A program made the position numbers and the translations under genes. From a virus: a stretch of 64,000 bases of DNA. Shown here in pieces: positions 61,806 through 64,000 of this stretch; within the stretch, counting starts at the first letter, position 1; the number at the start of each line of letters is the position of its first letter. The stretch lies in IMG/VR virus record IMGVR_UViG_3300029286_000012, one strand, 5' to 3'. The notes below the pieces were generated by a model. It saw only the letters and a list, made by a program, of their open reading frames with translations, had not been told where the DNA came from and searched no databases.

Positions 61806-62780
61806 ATGGCAACAAAGAAAACAACTCCAAAAGCACCAGCAAAAGCTGTAAAAACTGTAAAACAATCTACGGAACCAAAAACAGTTCCAGTAGAAAAAGT
61901 ACAAGAAATTGCTGACCAAGCCGCTCAAGCATCTGCGGCTGCTACCCCAACTGAAGCCCCGGCTCCAGGACAAGTACAAGTTAACGTAGACTTTCTACGT
62001 ACAACAAAGGTACACATTGCAATGCCATGTTATGGTGGTATGTTGACAGAATCAACATTCATGTCTTTTATCAAGTGGGCAAACACAGCCCGTCAACTTG
62101 GTATCGATTGGACATTAGAAACAATGGTTAATGAATCACTTATTAGCCGAGCACGAAATACACTAACTGCTAAGTTCTTAGACATGCCAGACGCAACACA
62201 CCTATTCTTTGTTGACGCTGACATTGGTTGGGAGCCATGGCATCTATTAGTTCTATTGAACCGTGACGTAGATGTTTGTGCAGGATTATATCCAATGAAG
62301 ACAATGCCAATCAAGTGGGTAGTTAACGGATTTGAAGGTGCTGAAGAAGGACCAGATGGCTTCCAAGAAGTAAGTAAAGCAGGTACTGGTTTCTTATTAA
62401 TGAAGAAGCACGTATTTGACAAACTGAAAGCTCACCCAGCTGTTAAGCAATATAAGAACGACATTGGATTAGATCCAAAGTATGACCAACACTTGAAAAC
62501 ATATTTTGACACAGCAGTTCGTCAGAATCGTTACTACAGTGAAGACTGGACATTCTGTGAAAACTGGCGTGACCTAGGTGGTAAGATTTGGGTTGACAAG
62601 CGTATTCTATTACGTCACTCAGGTAGTTATGTATTCTGTATGGAAAATCAACAACATTTGATGAGTACAATTGGACCTATGTTTGTTGCAGAAGAACAAG
62701 CAAAGGCTGCGGCAGCACAACAGGTTGCATCGCAAGTTGTCCCAGATAGTAATGGGAACGTTACACTAAAAATCTCTTAA
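61806..62780 (+). CDS. GT-A fold glycosyltransferase-like protein
   Basis: IAMPCYGG, SLISRARN, FVDADI, GTGFLL, YSEDW.FC, H.G. Confidence 0.75.
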   Translation: MATKKTTPKAPAKAVKTVKQSTEPKTVPVEKVQEIADQAAQASAAATPTEAPAPGQVQVNVDFLRTTKVHIAMPCYGGMLTESTFMSFIKWANTARQLGIDWTLETMVNESLISRARNTLTAKFLDMPDATHLFFVDADIGWEPWHLLVLLNRDVDVCAGLYPMKTMPIKWVVNGFEGAEEGPDGFQEVSKAGTGFLLMKKHVFDKLKAHPAVKQYKNDIGLDPKYDQHLKTYFDTAVRQNRYYSEDWTFCENWRDLGGKIWVDKRILLRHSGSYVFCMENQQHLMSTIGPMFVAEEQAKAAAAQQVASQVVPDSNGNVTLKIS

Positions 62781-62786
62781 ATGAGT

Positions 62787-62806
62787 AGCCCCGAAAGGGG
62801 CTTTTT
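62787..62806 (+). terminator. Intrinsic terminator
   Basis: AGCCCC-gaaa-GGGGCT-TTTT. Confidence 0.9.
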
Positions 62807-62816
62807 AGTGGGCATA

Positions 62817-62862
62817 TTGTCATAGCTTTGTCATCGTACTGTCACAATTCCTGAAGTAAATA
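62817..62862 (+). promoter_or_regulatory. Triple Pho-box array plus TAAATA
   Basis: TTGTCAT-agct-TTGTCAT-cgta-CTGTCAC, 11-bp period, then N11-TAAATA. Confidence 0.75.
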
Positions 62863-62908
62863 CTTGTGTGTCATAGTGGCACAAAATTAACCACACAAGG
62901 AGAAACCC

Positions 62909-63556
62909 ATGAGATTAGAATATTTAGCCGCAAGATTAGTAGCTGTAGAAGCCAAATTAGCAAACCTAACTGGTACAACAGTTAATACAGACAGTGCCAC
63001 AAGCATTGAAGAACTAGACGCAAGACTTTCTGTAGTTGAAGTTCAGGTTGACCAATTAATCGCTGAGAAAACAGAAGCTCACATTGACGCTATTGTTGCC
63101 GCAGTAGCAAATGACGCACCAGTTGACGTAGCAGAAGTAGTTGCATTGTCATCAAGCGTATTCCATGAAGAAGCCGCTATCATCGTTACTGATGTTGTTA
63201 CAGCACAAACTGAAGCTGATCCAATTGTTCATACTGAAGTTGCTGATATTGTTTCAGCCGCTGTTATGGCAGTTGTTACAGCAGAGCCGAAAGTTGTTAT
63301 TGATCCAGTCGCAATCACAGAAGCTATCATGCAAGCAGTTGCTGATATGCCAGCCCCAACTCCAGAAGTAGCTCAACAAGTTGCTGATGCAGTTGAAGAA
63401 ATTATAATTGCGGCTACAGGTGTTGAAGCAGTTACTCCAGAAGTAACACAACAAATTATTGAAGCAGTTGCTACTCCTGCAGATCCAGCATTGGACGCTA
63501 TTGAAGCTCGTTTAAATGTTGCTGAAGCAAAGGTAGACAGTCTATTGGGAAAATAA
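62909..63556 (+). CDS. Acidic A/V/E/D-rich protein with three coiled-coil repeats
   Basis: AAGGAG RBS; LAARLVAVEAKL / LDARLSVVEVQV / IEARLNVAEAKV. Confidence 0.75.
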   Translation: MRLEYLAARLVAVEAKLANLTGTTVNTDSATSIEELDARLSVVEVQVDQLIAEKTEAHIDAIVAAVANDAPVDVAEVVALSSSVFHEEAAIIVTDVVTAQTEADPIVHTEVADIVSAAVMAVVTAEPKVVIDPVAITEAIMQAVADMPAPTPEVAQQVADAVEEIIIAATGVEAVTPEVTQQIIEAVATPADPALDAIEARLNVAEAKVDSLLGK

Positions 63557-63638
63557 TAACCAGCGTTAAAGGCTGGCTATCAACCCTTTTTAAATCGGAC
63601 ACAAAATAGCGTGTCGCTGGATTTGCGTAACCAGTACT

Positions 63639-63662
63639 AAGGGCCTCAAAAGGGCTCTTTTT
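63639..63662 (+). terminator. Probable intrinsic terminator
   Basis: AAGGGCCT-caaaa-GGGCTCTT-TTT with G-U pairs. Confidence 0.65.
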
Positions 63663-63672
63663 AATGGTTATA

Positions 63673-63707
63673 TTGTCACATATTTGTCACAATATTCCAA
63701 ATAAATA
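63673..63707 (+). promoter_or_regulatory. Double Pho-box array plus TAAATA
   Basis: TTGTCAC-atat-TTGTCAC, then N11-TAAATA, ATG 4 nt later. Confidence 0.75.
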
Positions 63708-63711
63708 CAAG

Positions 63712-64000
63712 ATGAAAACATATCGTTCTATCTTTATCAGTGATGTGCATCTTGGTACTAGAGATAGTAAAGCAGATAAATTAAATAATTTTTTAAAACA
63801 TAATACATGTGATACATTGTATCTTGTAGGTGATATTATTGATGCTTGGAGAATACAACAAAACAAATGGCGGTGGAAACAAAGTCACACCAATGTTGTT
63901 CGTAGAGTTTTGGGTCATGCTAAACGAGGAACTAAAGTAATATATGTAGCAGGCAATCATGATGAATTTTTAAGACCTATGATTCCATATGGATTCAGTT
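63712..64000 (+). CDS. Metallophosphoesterase, PlcP/LpxH2-like (partial, runs off window)
   Basis: MKTYRSIFISDVHLG...LYLVGDIID.W...YVAGNHDEFLR. Confidence 0.85.
   Translation, partial: MKTYRSIFISDVHLGTRDSKADKLNNFLKHNTCDTLYLVGDIIDAWRIQQNKWRWKQSHTNVVRRVLGHAKRGTKVIYVAGNHDEFLRPMIPYGFS

Noticed and set aside
1-64000. tRNA/rRNA genes, introns, stop-codon reassignment
   Set aside because: No cloverleaf or rRNA-like stretch seen, intergenic gaps are short, and conserved genes are full length in the standard code

Overview
A 64-kb, AT-rich, gene-dense segment of a large T4-like (contractile-tailed) phage; IscA, ClpA and PlcP-like genes suggest a proteobacterial host. It carries replication genes (primase, gp41-type helicase, clamp loader, DEDDh and PD-(D/E)XK nucleases, dNMP kinase), morphogenesis genes (gp13/14/15 neck, sheath, tube, gp4, small terminase, baseplate, two long repeat fibres with C-terminal autocleaving chaperone domains), a GH19 endolysin, holin-like proteins, two free-standing homing endonucleases, chaperones (GroES, DnaJ, ClpA) and auxiliary genes (IscA, SOD, PhoH, Nudix, PlcP-like). 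A T4-late-like TAAATA element precedes most late genes. Most notable observations: (1) an ADP-ribosyltransferase-like domain bracketed in frame by a GC-rich 15-bp direct repeat encoding G-V-A-E, a likely prohead-protease site, within a wider set of apparently capsid-targeted modular proteins; (2) a minimal C-family (DnaE) polymerase split without an intein into two genes about 47 kb apart; (3) two tandem Pho-box arrays, each exactly 11 bp upstream of TAAATA, before an acidic protein and a PlcP-like phospholipase; (4) a candidate -1 frameshift adding an amphipathic tail to that acidic protein. No tRNA, rRNA or CRISPR array was seen. All functional calls come from motif recognition by eye; no searches were run.
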